In this document: piece after piece, positions 12,595 to 23,802 of the stretch
Layout: each line of letters starts with the position of its first letter
How positions within the stretch are numbered: position 1 is the stretch's first letter
NCBI RefSeq assembly: GCF_006345805.1
Contig: NW_021832279.1
Location: forward strand, 1 to 64,000
Source: Octopus sinensis
Taxonomy: Eukaryota
Direction: 5' to 3'
DNA: 64,000 nt
Program-made: the position numbers and the translations under genes
The notes under the pieces: generated by a model
Databases searched by the model: none
Told to the model about the DNA's origin: nothing
What the model saw: only the letters and a program-made list of their open reading frames with translations

Positions 12595-13440
12595 ACTATT
12601 CCAAACGAACTAAAAAGATATAAAAAGTCCAAGTTCCACCAAATCAGAATATTGTCCATTCTCTGTTGGGGGATCCGTTAGAACAAGAGCATCAACCGAT
12701 TGACCGACTTTCTTATAGAAAAGCATATAAGCGTTGTTGCCCTAAGAGTGGAGGATTAAGCGAACTTTAATAGCGGATTCTCCCATTCCCCCATAACACT
12801 CGTTGGGAATGTCATTAGGGTTGAACATGTTCACTGTTGAATCGTTGAATGAATACCACTGAGAGGGGTGAGTCAATTCTTTGATAAAGCAGTAGTAGTG
12901 GCCCGCTTCCGAATTCCCAGAATGAACAGTAACCCCTATCAATTTAAATTGAATGTCTTCACACGTCCCTATCTGATCTGACAAATAAACAGAAAGCCCA
13001 ACCCTCTAAAAGATTCGATTGCATGTATTTGGACATGTCCAGAATGAGGAGGAAGGAGAAATGAATGTTAATCTTTTTTCGACTCATATTCGTCACGTCG
13101 AATGCATATCGCATCGTGTTTATACACAAAATGTTTGGCAGTCGTTGAAAACAGTCTCTCTTCTGAGTTCGTACTTTTTTATCACACGGATCACACGTGT
13201 ACATATTAGCGCCCTCCGACATGTTTACTTGAGTAAACTTGTCCAGTGATTGCGAATTGTAGTAGATTATTATACACATAAGTTTTCGACATCCATGACC
13301 TACGTTTAATGTTATAAAACTCTTCATGACAAATACTCCCGTGAGGACAGTCCTAAGCAAATAGAGACTACTTTCCTTCGCTGTTGGGCAGAACATATTC
13401 CCCAAAGTGTCTAAGGACATGCTAAGCAGTGAGAGCCAAC
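12595..13440 (-). pseudogene. USP34: USP34-like deubiquitinase pseudogene, 3' part of catalytic domain, truncated at 12595
   Basis: EGANMYTCDPCDKKVR..INTMRYAFD..KINIHFSF, LIGVTVHSGNSEAGHYYCFI, WYSFND, ECYGG, AYMLFY; frameshifts. Confidence 0.85.
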
Positions 13441-14044
13441 CGTTGAGCGACAACTCGCCTACTTAAAATAAATAATTTATTTTTACCAGATTAAATCTAA
13501 TTAATTAAAATTTCAACAATTTTTTTTACTTTAATCCTTATTATGACTGATTTTGAACTGCTTAAAAGCCAAAGAGGTGGCAAACTTTTACTACACCGGA
13601 ACTCGTCTACGAAGAAAAATATTTTAAGGGTAAATAAAATAAAATTTTAAAACAATTACTTTTTATTCTGAACTTTTAAAGCAAATCAAACCATCAATTA
13701 GCTTAAAATAGCAATCTACTTCAAATTCATGAAAATTTTCACATGCTATTCTCAGTTCAAGTTCCTTTTTGCAGTCTGTCGCAGACACTTCAAGATACCG
13801 TCCTGACTTAATTTGTGTCATTTTCACAAAAAGTCTCTGTTCTTCCCTGGCCAAAACATTGACAAAAGCTGCCAAATTTGGGTGCGCTCTGTTAAAAGAA
13901 CTGTTCAACAGCTTATGCCAACCTTCCAATGAATTGGTCGTCCTGGGCATTGACTTTAATACCCGATAAAAACAACTCCAAAAACTGACGTCATAAGATG
14001 GGTCAGCGATAAATTGGTTTTTAAAATAAATCAAAAAATTCTCC

Positions 14045-14240
14045 GAAAAAAAGATTATCCCGAAAGCCTGGAACAACAAAGAGGTTTGTCCTGAAAATCC
14101 CCGTCCGTATCGAAAATGCGTCGGGACAACGGCGGAACATCGGGAGAGGCTGCGCAAACTGCTGGGGGAGGCTGGGATCACCTGAATTCTTCTTTCTTTT
14201 GGCTGTGACGGTGGTTTTCTGGTTTAATAATAATAATTAT
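14045..14240 (+). mobile_element. ~200-bp 3' fragment of a LINE with (TAA)n tail inserted in the MULE ORF
   Basis: Ends RERLRKLLGEAGIT* + GACGGTGGT..GGTTTAATAATAATAAT; same C-terminus and 3' UTR pattern as the LINE at 26900-27680. Confidence 0.7.
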
Positions 14241-15046
14241 TATCTGTTGGTTGTTTTCTTTTTCTGTCGCATCAAGAGAAAATTTTTCAAATTCCAATAA
14301 AACATTTTCCACAGGAATAAAAGCTAAATGGTAGCATTTCCTCAATAATTTTCGTTCCCACGATGAAACGTTTTTGTAGGCTTTCACAAGACCAAGACAT
14401 TGTATTTTCCGCCATATGATTTGGCCAAAATGGAAATTGCAGCCAAATACATTAGAAGACGAAAAAACTGATTTTGTGGAGTTAATTAACCCCTTTTCAA
14501 AATCAATTAAAATAATTGCTGGTGAAGTAACAACAAGTGTTTTTATTTCTTCAAATAATGCACAGTAGGAATTTTCTATTTTGTTGAGCAAAAGAGCATG
14601 CGCAAGAGGCCAGAATTTACCTAAGTATTTTCCTTGTATTGTAATCATTTGTTCGAATTGATTAGGCACGCTTTTAAAGGTACCATCAATAACCCAGACA
14701 TCTGATTTTCTCAAAATGTCAACCTGATAATCCGAACAAAAAATGACGTAACGATTTACATCATTAATTCCAGAATCCTTGCGATAAAAAATTTCGCCCC
14801 GATCATTATACCACAAACTTTCAGGAATTTCAGGAATGGTCGGAACAAAATTTGGTATCAGTGTTTCTCTTTCCCGTTGAACGAGACGAGTCAATGAACG
14901 TTCCTTTGGCAAGATTTTAATGACGTCAACATTGGCTCCAATGAGGCTTCTTGACACCACATTCATAGTTCTGTCTTCTGACGCCTTTGCGGCATCTTTC
15001 AGGTCAGAAACTAGTTTCATGCTTTTTATCTCATGATCCTCTAAGG

Positions 15047-16608
15047 CAGGTGTTCTCAACCGGGGGCGAATCGCCCCCCTAGGGCGAAAATTTTGTACAA
15101 GGGGGCGATAATTTTGTACAGGGGGGCGATAATATATTTAATAAAAAATAAAATTTATATTTATTAAAAATTGTTTAATTAGAATATTTTTAATGGCAAG
15201 CCTAATAATTTAGACTCAAAATTTAATGAAATTACTATTCTTCTTCAAGGAAATTTTGTCAACATGATTGATTGCAAAAGAATAATGAAAACATTTGAAA
15301 AAAATTATTGCTTTATCGACATAATTTTCTAAAATCAGTTCCCACCCCTGCCGGTGCGGATCTACTATGGACGTATACGGGCTCCATGCCCTCTCCTGCA
15401 AGAAAAGCGCGGGTCGTATTCCACGCCATTCGGCGATTAACAGAATCATTCTCGACTCACTCGAAAAGGCCGGCTACCCTTCTGTCCTTGAGCCTAAGGG
15501 TCTCGACCGTGGTGACGGGAAAAGGCCGGACGGCTCTACGTTGTTCTCGTTTTATTCTGGGAGACCTTTGGTCTGGGATTCCACTTGTGTGGATACCTTC
15601 TCAAAGTCTTTCATCAACGAATCGGCCTCTCTTGCTGGGTCTCGTGCTAATAAGGCTGAGCTTTCGAAGTGCCGGAAATATCAGTCTTTGATGGATGACT
15701 TTTGGTTTTGGCCAATCGTTGTCGAGACTTCCGGCGTCTTTGGCTCCGGGACCCTCACTTCCCTAAAGAAATTGGGACATCTTTGTTCTTCGCGGTCCAA
15801 GGACCCTAGGGAATTTACTTTCCTCATTCAGAGGATCCTGCTGGCTGTCATGCGTGGCAACAGCTGTTCCCTCCGTCTCGCTGGGAGAATTTATTAGTTT
15901 GTTGACTTTACTTAGTAGTTTGACCATTAAAAAAAAAAAAAAAAAAAATATTTTGACATATTGTCAACATTTGACGGAACTAGAAGCGGATATATCTCTT
16001 AGATTCAAAGATTTGTTTGATTTGGAATTTGAAGCATGGATGATTGATCCGTTTTCATGTGTGCCAGAAGATATGAACGAAACAATCCAAGAAGAGATAA
16101 TTGAATTTAAATATAATGAAGAATATATTCACAGATTTCAACAGGATGGTATCTCTAAATTTTGGCAATCAAAAGATCTACAAATGAAATTTCCAAATTT
16201 ATGGAAGGAAATGAGTAATGTACTATTGACATTCCCTACCACTTATTTGGTTGAAAGTGGATTTAGTTTTGTCAATCATAATACACAATGTGAAAAAAAT
16301 AGACTGGAAGTGTGTTATAGAGGCGATATACGCCTAAAGTTGAGCAGAATTAAACCCGACATAGAATATTTAGCGAGTAAACATCAATATCAAGGGTCTC
16401 ACTAATAATTTTTAATAAAAATTCAATTTTTTACATTTGATTTATAATTTTATATTTTGATTTTTGAGTTATGTACAAAAAACAACCAATTAAGGGACAA
16501 TGCCAAAAAATTTTTAAATTGTAGGTGGACAAGGGGGCGATAAAATTTCAAAGGGGGGCGACAAAATATCTAAGGGGGCGATGAACAAAAAAAGGTTGAG
16601 AATGCCTG
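15047..16608 (+). mobile_element. Non-autonomous Buster-type hAT (copy A) carrying a CRE fragment
   Basis: TIRs CAGGTGTTCTCAACC / GGTTGAGAATGCCTG; 8-bp TSD CTCTAAGG (15039-15046, 16609-16616); C-terminal remnant FPTTYLVESGFS..DIRLKLS. Confidence 0.95.
15330..15945 (+). mobile_element. 5'-truncated CRE-like fragment (CCHC+RLE) with poly(A), inside hAT copy A
   Basis: HALSCKKSAGRIPRH..KRPDG..LVWDSTCVDT..VVETSG. Confidence 0.88.
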
Positions 16609-18458
16609 CTCTAAGGGGCCATGATTATGAGCATTTTTTGTGCTCAACTTGTTTTGAGCATCCACCGTGCACCTCGCCCTGCATTCTCGATTTCTGCACC
16701 TCCAATAGGTAAGACCGTCTTTTTTTCTATCTGTATTATACAAATAGTTCCGGTGTAGTAAAAGTTTGCCACCTCTTTGGCTTTTAAGCAGTTCAAAATC
16801 AGTCATAATAAGGATTAAAGTAAAAAAATTGTTGAAATTTTAATTAATTAGATTTAATCTGGTAAAAATAAATTTTTTATTTATTTTAAGTAGGCGAGTT
16901 GTCGCATAGCCTAGAGCAGGCATTCTCAACCTTTTTTTGTTCATCGCCCCCTTAGATATTTTGTCGCCCCCCTTTGAAATTTTATCGCCCCCTTGTCCAC
17001 CTACAATTTAAAAATTTTTTGGCATTGTCCCTTAATTGGTTGTTTTTTGTACATAACTCAAAAATCAAAATATAAAATTATAAATCAAATGTAAAAAATT
17101 GAAATTTTATTAAAAATTATTAGTGAGACCCTTGATATTGATGTTTACTCGCTTTATATTCTATGTCGGGTTTAATTCTGCTCAACTTTAGGCGTATATC
17201 GCCTCTATAACACACTTCCAGTCTATTTTTTTCACATTGTGTATTATGATTGACAAAACTAAATCCACTTTCAACCAAATAAGTGGTAGGGAATGTCAAT
17301 AGTACATTACTCATTTCCTTCCATAAATTTGGAAATTTCATTTGTAGATCTTTTGATTGCCAAAATTTAGAGATACCATCCTGTTGAAATCTGTGAATAT
17401 ATTCTTCATTATATTAAATTCAATTATCTCTTCTTGGATTGTTTCGTTCATATCTTCTGGCACACATGAAAACGGATCAATCATCCATGCTTCAAATTCC
17501 AAATCAAACAAATCTTTGAATCTAAGAGATATATCCGCTTCTAGTTCCGTCAAATGTTGACAATATGTCAAAATATTTTTTTTTTTTTTTTTTTAATGGT
17601 CAAACTACTAAGTAAAGTCAACAAACTAATAATTCTCCCAGCGAGACGGAGGGAACAGCTGTTGCCACGCATGACAGCCAGCAGGATCCTCTGAATGAGG
17701 AAAGTAAATTCCCTAGGGTCCTTGGACCGCGAAGAACAAAGATGTCCCAATTTCTTTAGGGAAGTGAGGGTCCCGGAGCCAAAGACGCCGGAAGTCTCGA
17801 CAACGATTGGCCAAAACCAAAAGTCATCCATCAAAGACTGATATTTCCGGCACTTCGAAAGCTCAGCCTTATTAGCACGAGACCCAGCAAGAGAGGCCGA
17901 TTCGTTGATGAAAGACTTTGAGAAGGTATCCACACAAGTGGAATCCCAGACCAAAGGTCTCCCAGAATAAAACGAGAACAACGTAGAGCCGTCCGGCCTT
18001 TTCCCGTCACCACGGTCGAGACCCTTAGGCTCAAGGACAGAAGGGTAGCCGGCCTTTTCGAGTGAGTCGAGAATGATTCTGTTAATCGCCGAATGGCGTG
18101 GAATACGACCCGCGCTTTTCTTGCAGGAGAGGGCATGGAGCCCGTATACGTCCATAGTAGATCCGCACCGGCAGGGGTGGGAACTGATTTTAGAAAAATT
18201 ATGTCGATAAAGCAATAATTTTTTTCAAATGTTTTCATTATTCTTTTGCAATCAATCATGTTGACAAAATTTCCTTGAAGAAGAATAGTAATTTCATTAA
18301 ATTTTGAGTCTAAATTATTAGTAGGGCAATTTTTTGCCTAAAATGCCTTTTTGCACCAAAAGGTCTATTTATTTAAATAATTAATTTAAGCTATAATTTA
18401 ATTAAAATAGATTTATCTACAACGAGTTATAAATGCCTTAAATGCTTAAAAAATTGTT

Positions 18459-18540
18459 AAGGTCCTAAAAAATTTTTTTAAGGTCCTAAAAATTTTTTTA
18501 AGGTCCTAAAAATTTTTTTAAGGTCTTAAAAATTTTTAAA
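18459..18540 (+). repeat. ~21-bp subterminal tandem repeat (AAGGTCCTAAAAATTTTTTT) x4
   Basis: Directly visible; related motifs at 21327-21380. Confidence 0.85.
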
Positions 18541-18621
18541 ATAAATTATTTTTAAATGTTACAAAAAAATATTTTAAAAATAACAAATTAGGCACGCTAT
18601 AAATTACTTTTTTGTGTTCAA

Positions 18622-20058
18622 ATGCCACGTGTACGTTCTACAATAAAGTCTAAAGCTCTAAAAGCCTATGAAACTTACGTAAAAGAATTCACAGTGATTA
18701 AAGGCAGTCTATATTGTAAAATATGTATGATCTACGTCAATGCATCAAAAAAATATTATATTGATCAGCATAGACAATCTACAAAACATCTAAAGCTTTT
18801 GAGTAATTTAAAATTATTTTTTTAGATAACAATGAAGGATTCCAACAATCCTTAGATTCCCTATTCAACGGTCAAACCGAAACGGAAGACTTTCAGAGTA
18901 TGCCGATGGAAGTTGCCAAAGCCTTTTCTGAAGCAAACATTCCTCTTCATAAGCTCAATAATCCAAGCTTAAAGGGATTGTTTGAAAAATTGAATATTTC
19001 GCTTCCTTCCCAGTCAGCCTGTCGCAATTGTATTCCTGCAATCAGTGAACAAAAATTATCCAAGTATAAAAGTGATCTAAGGTTAACAAATGATTAATTT
19101 TTAGATCTCAAAAGATTTTTATGGTTGTTGACGAGGGTGACGTAAATGGACAGAAGTTTGTAGTTGTTCTCATTGGGAATATCGCTTATCCAGAGAAGAC
19201 CTATTTAATTTCGTGTGAACCTTTATATGAATCTGTAACTGCTAACACAATTCTTCAGATTATCGATGAAGAGATTAAAAAATTCGAGATTATACGCAAT
19301 AATTTTCTTCTTTTTCTTTCTGATGCAGCCCCGTATATGATTTTGGGTAGTTTGTTGAATTATTTTTAGCCGGAAAAACATTGAAAATGCTTTATCCTAG
19401 GATGTTCCATGTAACATGTGTTGCACATTTGTTACATAATTGCTGTCTCAGAGTAAAGGCGTATTATTCGGACGTTGATAATCTTATTGCGACTATAAAG
19501 ACATCAATAGTGAAAAACAAAACTAGAAAAAAAATGTTTTCTACAATTGGTTATCCGCCCGACGTCATCATAACTAGATGGGGTAGTTGGCTGCAAGCAG
19601 CATACTATTATGCAAATAATTTTGTATCAATTGCTGAAATTGTGGAGAATTTCAAAGACGACGGAATATTAGTTAAAAAAGTAAAACAAGCAATTGAATC
19701 GCCAACCTTAAGAAAAAGTCTAATGGAAATAAATGAAAATTATCAGATACTTAATCAAATATTGAAAAAAATGGAATCCACAAGTTATACAATAAATGAT
19801 GCACATTCAGATCTTTGTTTGTTAAAATTTCCGTCTGATAATGCAGAAATAAATGAATACATACAAAAAAGATTACACAAAAATGACATAGAATCAATTA
19901 TAGAAATGGAGAAAAGTAATATCTCCCCTGAAGAATATGGACTAATAAGAAAATGTCAGTGTACATCATCAACCGTTGAAAGAGCATTTTCTATGCTTAA
20001 AAAATTAATTACTAAAGATAGAGGTTTCAATGCGGAAAATGTCAAAAATTATTTAATA
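18622..20058 (+). CDS. hAT transposase with three 23-nt introns (18803-18825, 19082-19104, 19347-19369); last 5 codons displaced to 21251-21268
   Basis: Spliced frame is open: zinc-finger YCKIC..QHRQSTKH, MVVDE, LSDAAPYMILAGK, VTCVAHLLH, TRWGSW, SSTVERAFS. Confidence 0.88.
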
Positions 20059-21245
20059 TGTCGCGTCCCACACAAGCTACCCATCCCATGGTGGTTACAT
20101 GTCACCTGTCAATAAATAATAATGCCTGTCATGGTGACTGTCAAATTTAATAATTAATTTAATTGCATTGATTTCTAATCAGAAAAATTCAATATAAAAT
20201 CACTAGCATCCAAGTTGTCTAGCATGTTAAAGTTTGATTAAATCTTTCCACGATGCCCTGAAACAGATAAATATTGTGTCATTACTTGTGATTGAGGATG
20301 ATTTGGTCTTCCGTAAATATGTTGGATTTTGTTTTTCGTGCAAAAAGAATCGAGATATTTATTCCTAAACTCAGTTCCATTATCTGTTTGTAGAATCTCG
20401 CAAAAGCCGATTTCTGAACAAATTTCTTCGAAAGCCTCACAAATATCTAGATTCCAATATAAAACATAAATATACTTATTGCAGATTTATTTTTAACTCC
20501 TTTACAAATGGCATACTTACTGTAAACATCAATGACGGTAAATATCCATATGTAGCCATCGTTCGAATCGTTAAATTTTTAACGTTTATAAGGTCTGCTT
20601 GGAATCGTTCATTTGATCTTTTGGCAATCACATGGTACTTAGAATCTGAAACCTGCCATATAAGTTTTTTATTTTATACTTTAAGTGGAATGGAAAACTT
20701 GCATATTGAGCACACTTTGACGACTCGTTCGATAATTTTACGCTTTATTGTAAAATAGGAGTGTAAACATTCCTGTTGCAGTTTACGAATTCCAGAATGG
20801 CTATTCCGGTGAATAGAATCTGCAATAGTTTGCATCTCACTCTCATTATCCATGCAAATAACTAGTTTGTGCTTTTGAAATCTTTCGTCTTTGAGGTATA
20901 AGCAGTCATTAATGACAATAAATTTAGTGGATTTTTTAGTTAATTTATATTTTATTTATCTTGAAGATGTCTGTACAGGTTGACCATTTAAAATATTGAC
21001 TATAGTATGATATTCTGAGATATTTTTTACAAAACCTATTATTACATATACAGGGGCAAACATTTTAAAGAGGACATGTTGAAAATTGAATAATAACGCT
21101 AAAAATATTAAATATGCCCACACGAGTAACGAATGATTAAACCACATTAATTATGACATCTGACAGTCAATGACCTCGTAAAAATGATTGATTGACAGGT
21201 GACATGTAGCCAGCATGGGATGCGTAACCACCATGGGACGCGACA
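20059..21245 (-). mobile_element. Ginger2/TDD-like DNA transposon (HHCC + rve integrase) with three mini-introns, degenerate
   Basis: TGT...ACA ends, ~55-bp imperfect TIR, 5-bp TSD TAATA; HRNSHSGI..CSIC, QADL, QTDNGTEF, PQSQ|GIVERFNQTL; introns 20653-20679, 20447-20475, 20258-20285. Confidence 0.85.
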
Positions 21246-21581
21246 TAATACCTTACTATAACAAATAATTTTTTACGACTTTTTGATTTAATACCTTATT
21301 AAAATGTGCCTAAAAATGTAGAATAAAGTCCTAAAAATTAAAAATAAAGTCCTAAAATGCCTATTTTTAAGGTCCTAAAAATAAATTTTAAGTGCCTGAA
21401 AAAAATTGCCCTAATTATTAGGCTTGCCATTAAAAATATTCTAATTAAACAATTTTTAATAAATATAAATTTTATTTTTTATTAAATATATTATCGCCCC
21501 CCTGTACAAAATTATCGCCCCCTTGTACAAAATTTTTCGCCCCTAGGGGGGCGATTCGCCCCCGGTTGAGAACACCTGGCC

Positions 21582-22310
21582 TAGAGACTACTTTCCTTCG
21601 CTGTTGGGCAGAACATATTCCCCAAAGTGTCTAAGGACATGCTAAGCAGTGAGAGCCAACACGTAACTTGGATCATTATGGATTGACCTGAGTTTGTCAC
21701 ACACTGTTGCAAAGAAATCCCCACTTTTTGGAATGTGTCAACCCAGGAGAGTAAAGACAAGCAGACGACTTGGCCTGCTTCTGCATTTTGGAACATTTTT
21801 GACGTCTTTTGTGGGAAAAGTAAAGATCAGTTCCATTAGTTTGAAATAAATTTCTATTTTTCGTGTTTAAAGAAAGACCTTCGAGCTGAAGAAATCTTCA
21901 AAATGAAGATGTTTAATTAATTTGCAAGCCAAACCGAGAACATGGTCGTGGATCTTTTCAGCATAGACTGAAGCCGTAAAGTCCATCTCCATGAGTGTAT
22001 TAACCACTTTAAAAGAAAGATCTGAGTATTCCAGTAATACATCCATAGCCTATAATAAATATAGTGAATGATGCCTTCAATTCCGGAATAAGTTTGGCAA
22101 AAAAGAAAAAATAGCTTGTACAGGAGCTTGTGCATCTCTCCGCGGAAGACATGTCAGTATTCTCGATAGTATACAATTGTGTTCAATAATAATAAGTTAT
22201 ACAATTTCCGGCAGATCTTCCAAAACAATTTCCCATGAATTGACCAAACTGTCGAAAATAGCAGTCAGCCAACAATTATCCTTTTCTTTACATCCTCCAA
22301 CGCCAAATAA
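21582..22310 (-). pseudogene. USP34: USP34-like pseudogene, upstream part; Cys-box region appears deleted
   Basis: PKCRSRPSRLLVFTLL resembles USP34 PKCKSHSSRAAAYDLL; contiguous with 13362-13440 via a 79-bp duplication; stops and frameshifts. Confidence 0.7.
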
Positions 22311-22319
22311 TATAAATAA

Positions 22320-22460
22320 AACGCCAGTCGACGTATGTACCGACCAATGGTCTGCGTACAATGGACTTGAATCGTTCGGTTACTCCGAGCACGTACGAGT
22401 TAATCACAGCCAGGATCTGAACAATCGTTACTCACATACTCAAGAAATAAATTTACTAAG
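22320..22460 (+). mobile_element. Merlin/IS1016 (ISXO2-like) transposase fragment
   Basis: VCTDQWSAYNGL..GYSEHVRVNHS..HTQEI. Confidence 0.75.
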
Positions 22461-23480
22461 AGATAGCTTGGGTTTTTGAAGGGCTGATACCCTTACAATG
22501 TCCCTACAATATCAAAACAAAACTTTTACATTATTTTCCCGCCAATTACTTCATTCATTACATTTCCCGCGATTTTAGTTAGGGTTGTTAAATTGTGGAT
22601 TTTGTCTACTTTCCCGCCACTGGGGACTGTACTGATGAACTGGCCATTAGAATCAAATGATGACGTAACGTCACGAAGCACAACAGATTCTAAATTCCCG
22701 CCATTTAAAACGCGGGAAATATTTTGTGGATATCTCTGGTTGATATAATCCCCGAATTCAATGCACAGTTCGTCGACAAAAAGTTCTATCTGGTCGTAAA
22801 ACTCGTCAGAATCCTCCAGAAAAAGAAACTCTGAAACTTTCTCTAACAATTTTTCCGAACTGACATATAGCCAATCCCCCAACTTGTCCGTACAAACTCT
22901 ACTATATAAAATATTATTTTATTTAAATTTGTTCATAATTAAATAAAAATAATTAATTATTTAAAAAAGCATCTTTGTGGTACCAAACTTACATTTTCTG
23001 ACGCCTGTCTGTAAGCGTCCCTGATGGAACACAGAGCAGTCTCATAAACATGTCTGCAATGATTCCTTGCAATACAGAGCACAAGAACATTCTCAGTCTG
23101 ACAAACAAGCCGAAAAAACCGAACAAAATTCCCACAATTATAAGCACTATTAATAGCTAGTGCATCCACCACTTGCGAAGAGTTGAGTACACATTCCCGC
23201 CATAACAAAACATGACTAGAGTGGTTAACCTAACATTCACCTGAGGGCAGTCTCGTTGCCCAGGTTCAGCAAAATAACTCCTAAACTCTGATTTATTACT
23301 CTACCAGATTTGGGCGTTTTAGGTCAGAATACATTTGGTCCAGTGACTGGAGACAGTTCACTAGGCCTTTGATGTTGAGTTTCAAGTCGAAATCAGAGTC
23401 ATCGTTTACTCTAAGAAAGCCCATGGAAAACACATGGACACGTGTACATTTCTCCACAAGGGAAATGACGCGGGCTTGAA
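22440..23480 (-). pseudogene. MCM3AP: GANP/MCM3AP (SAC3 family) pseudogene fragment
   Basis: VISLVEKCTRVH, NCLQSLDQMYSDL, EFRSY, NFVRFFRLV, ISRVLNGG..SSFDSNGQFI match the GANP SAC3 domain; stops and frameshift near 23290; 5' part replaced by a LINE remnant. Confidence 0.8.
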
Positions 23481-23802
23481 CAGTAGGTTCGTAAAAAAAT
23501 TTTCCCCTGCCATCGATGATTTTGAGTTTGCTGTGTTTTCTTCTTTTATGTAGTCGCATGGTCTGGAAGATTTGTGTGCCGCCCTTGAGTTTTTCGATTT
23601 CCTTTACAAAAGACTCCGGGATGTCCAATTTCTTGATGCGTCGTTGTATTCTTGAGTCCATGTTTGTTGCTACAGTCGTTTTTATTTTCGATTCCGAGTT
23701 TGTGATCTTTTTGCCAAACAGTAATTGCATACACATCTGAATGGCATATCTTCCCCGGGTGAGTTTAATTGATCTGTTTTCCGATGTGTTTGTAAGCAGC
23801 TA

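Larger units (their letters stand above)
13441..16911 (-). mobile_element. FLYWCH-MULE (Mutator-like) DNA transposon with ~160-bp TIRs, disrupted by hAT and LINE insertions
   Basis: N-terminus SQRGGKLL..YLY..YWRCRNRECRA..HNH; VIDGTFK; LIDFEKG; GCNFHFGQ; PRTTNSLEGWH; inverted repeats at ~13441-13603 and ~16749-16911. Confidence 0.9.
18322..21413 (+). mobile_element. TAGGG-terminus hAT transposon (CGGBP1-related transposase)
   Basis: TIR TAGGGCAATTTTTT; 8-bp TSD ATTATTAG (18314-18321, 21414-21421); subterminal GGTCCTAAAA repeats. Confidence 0.92.
16917..21578 (-). mobile_element. Inverted copy (A') of the same hAT, with the same CRE passenger (~17580-18195) and a nested hAT
   Basis: About 99% identical by eye to 15047-16608 in reverse; TSD GCCTAGAG at 16909-16916 and 21579-21586. 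Confidence 0.95.

Noticed and set aside
18459-18540. Regular repeats resembling a CRISPR array (also 63820-63940 and 5835-5900)
   Set aside because: No unique spacers and no cas genes; they are transposon subterminal repeats in a eukaryotic context.
3765-23480. Gene fragments as Pack-MULE or Helitron cargo
   Set aside because: The fragments lie outside the MULE TIRs and are interrupted by TEs rather than enclosed; no Helitron termini or RepHel seen.
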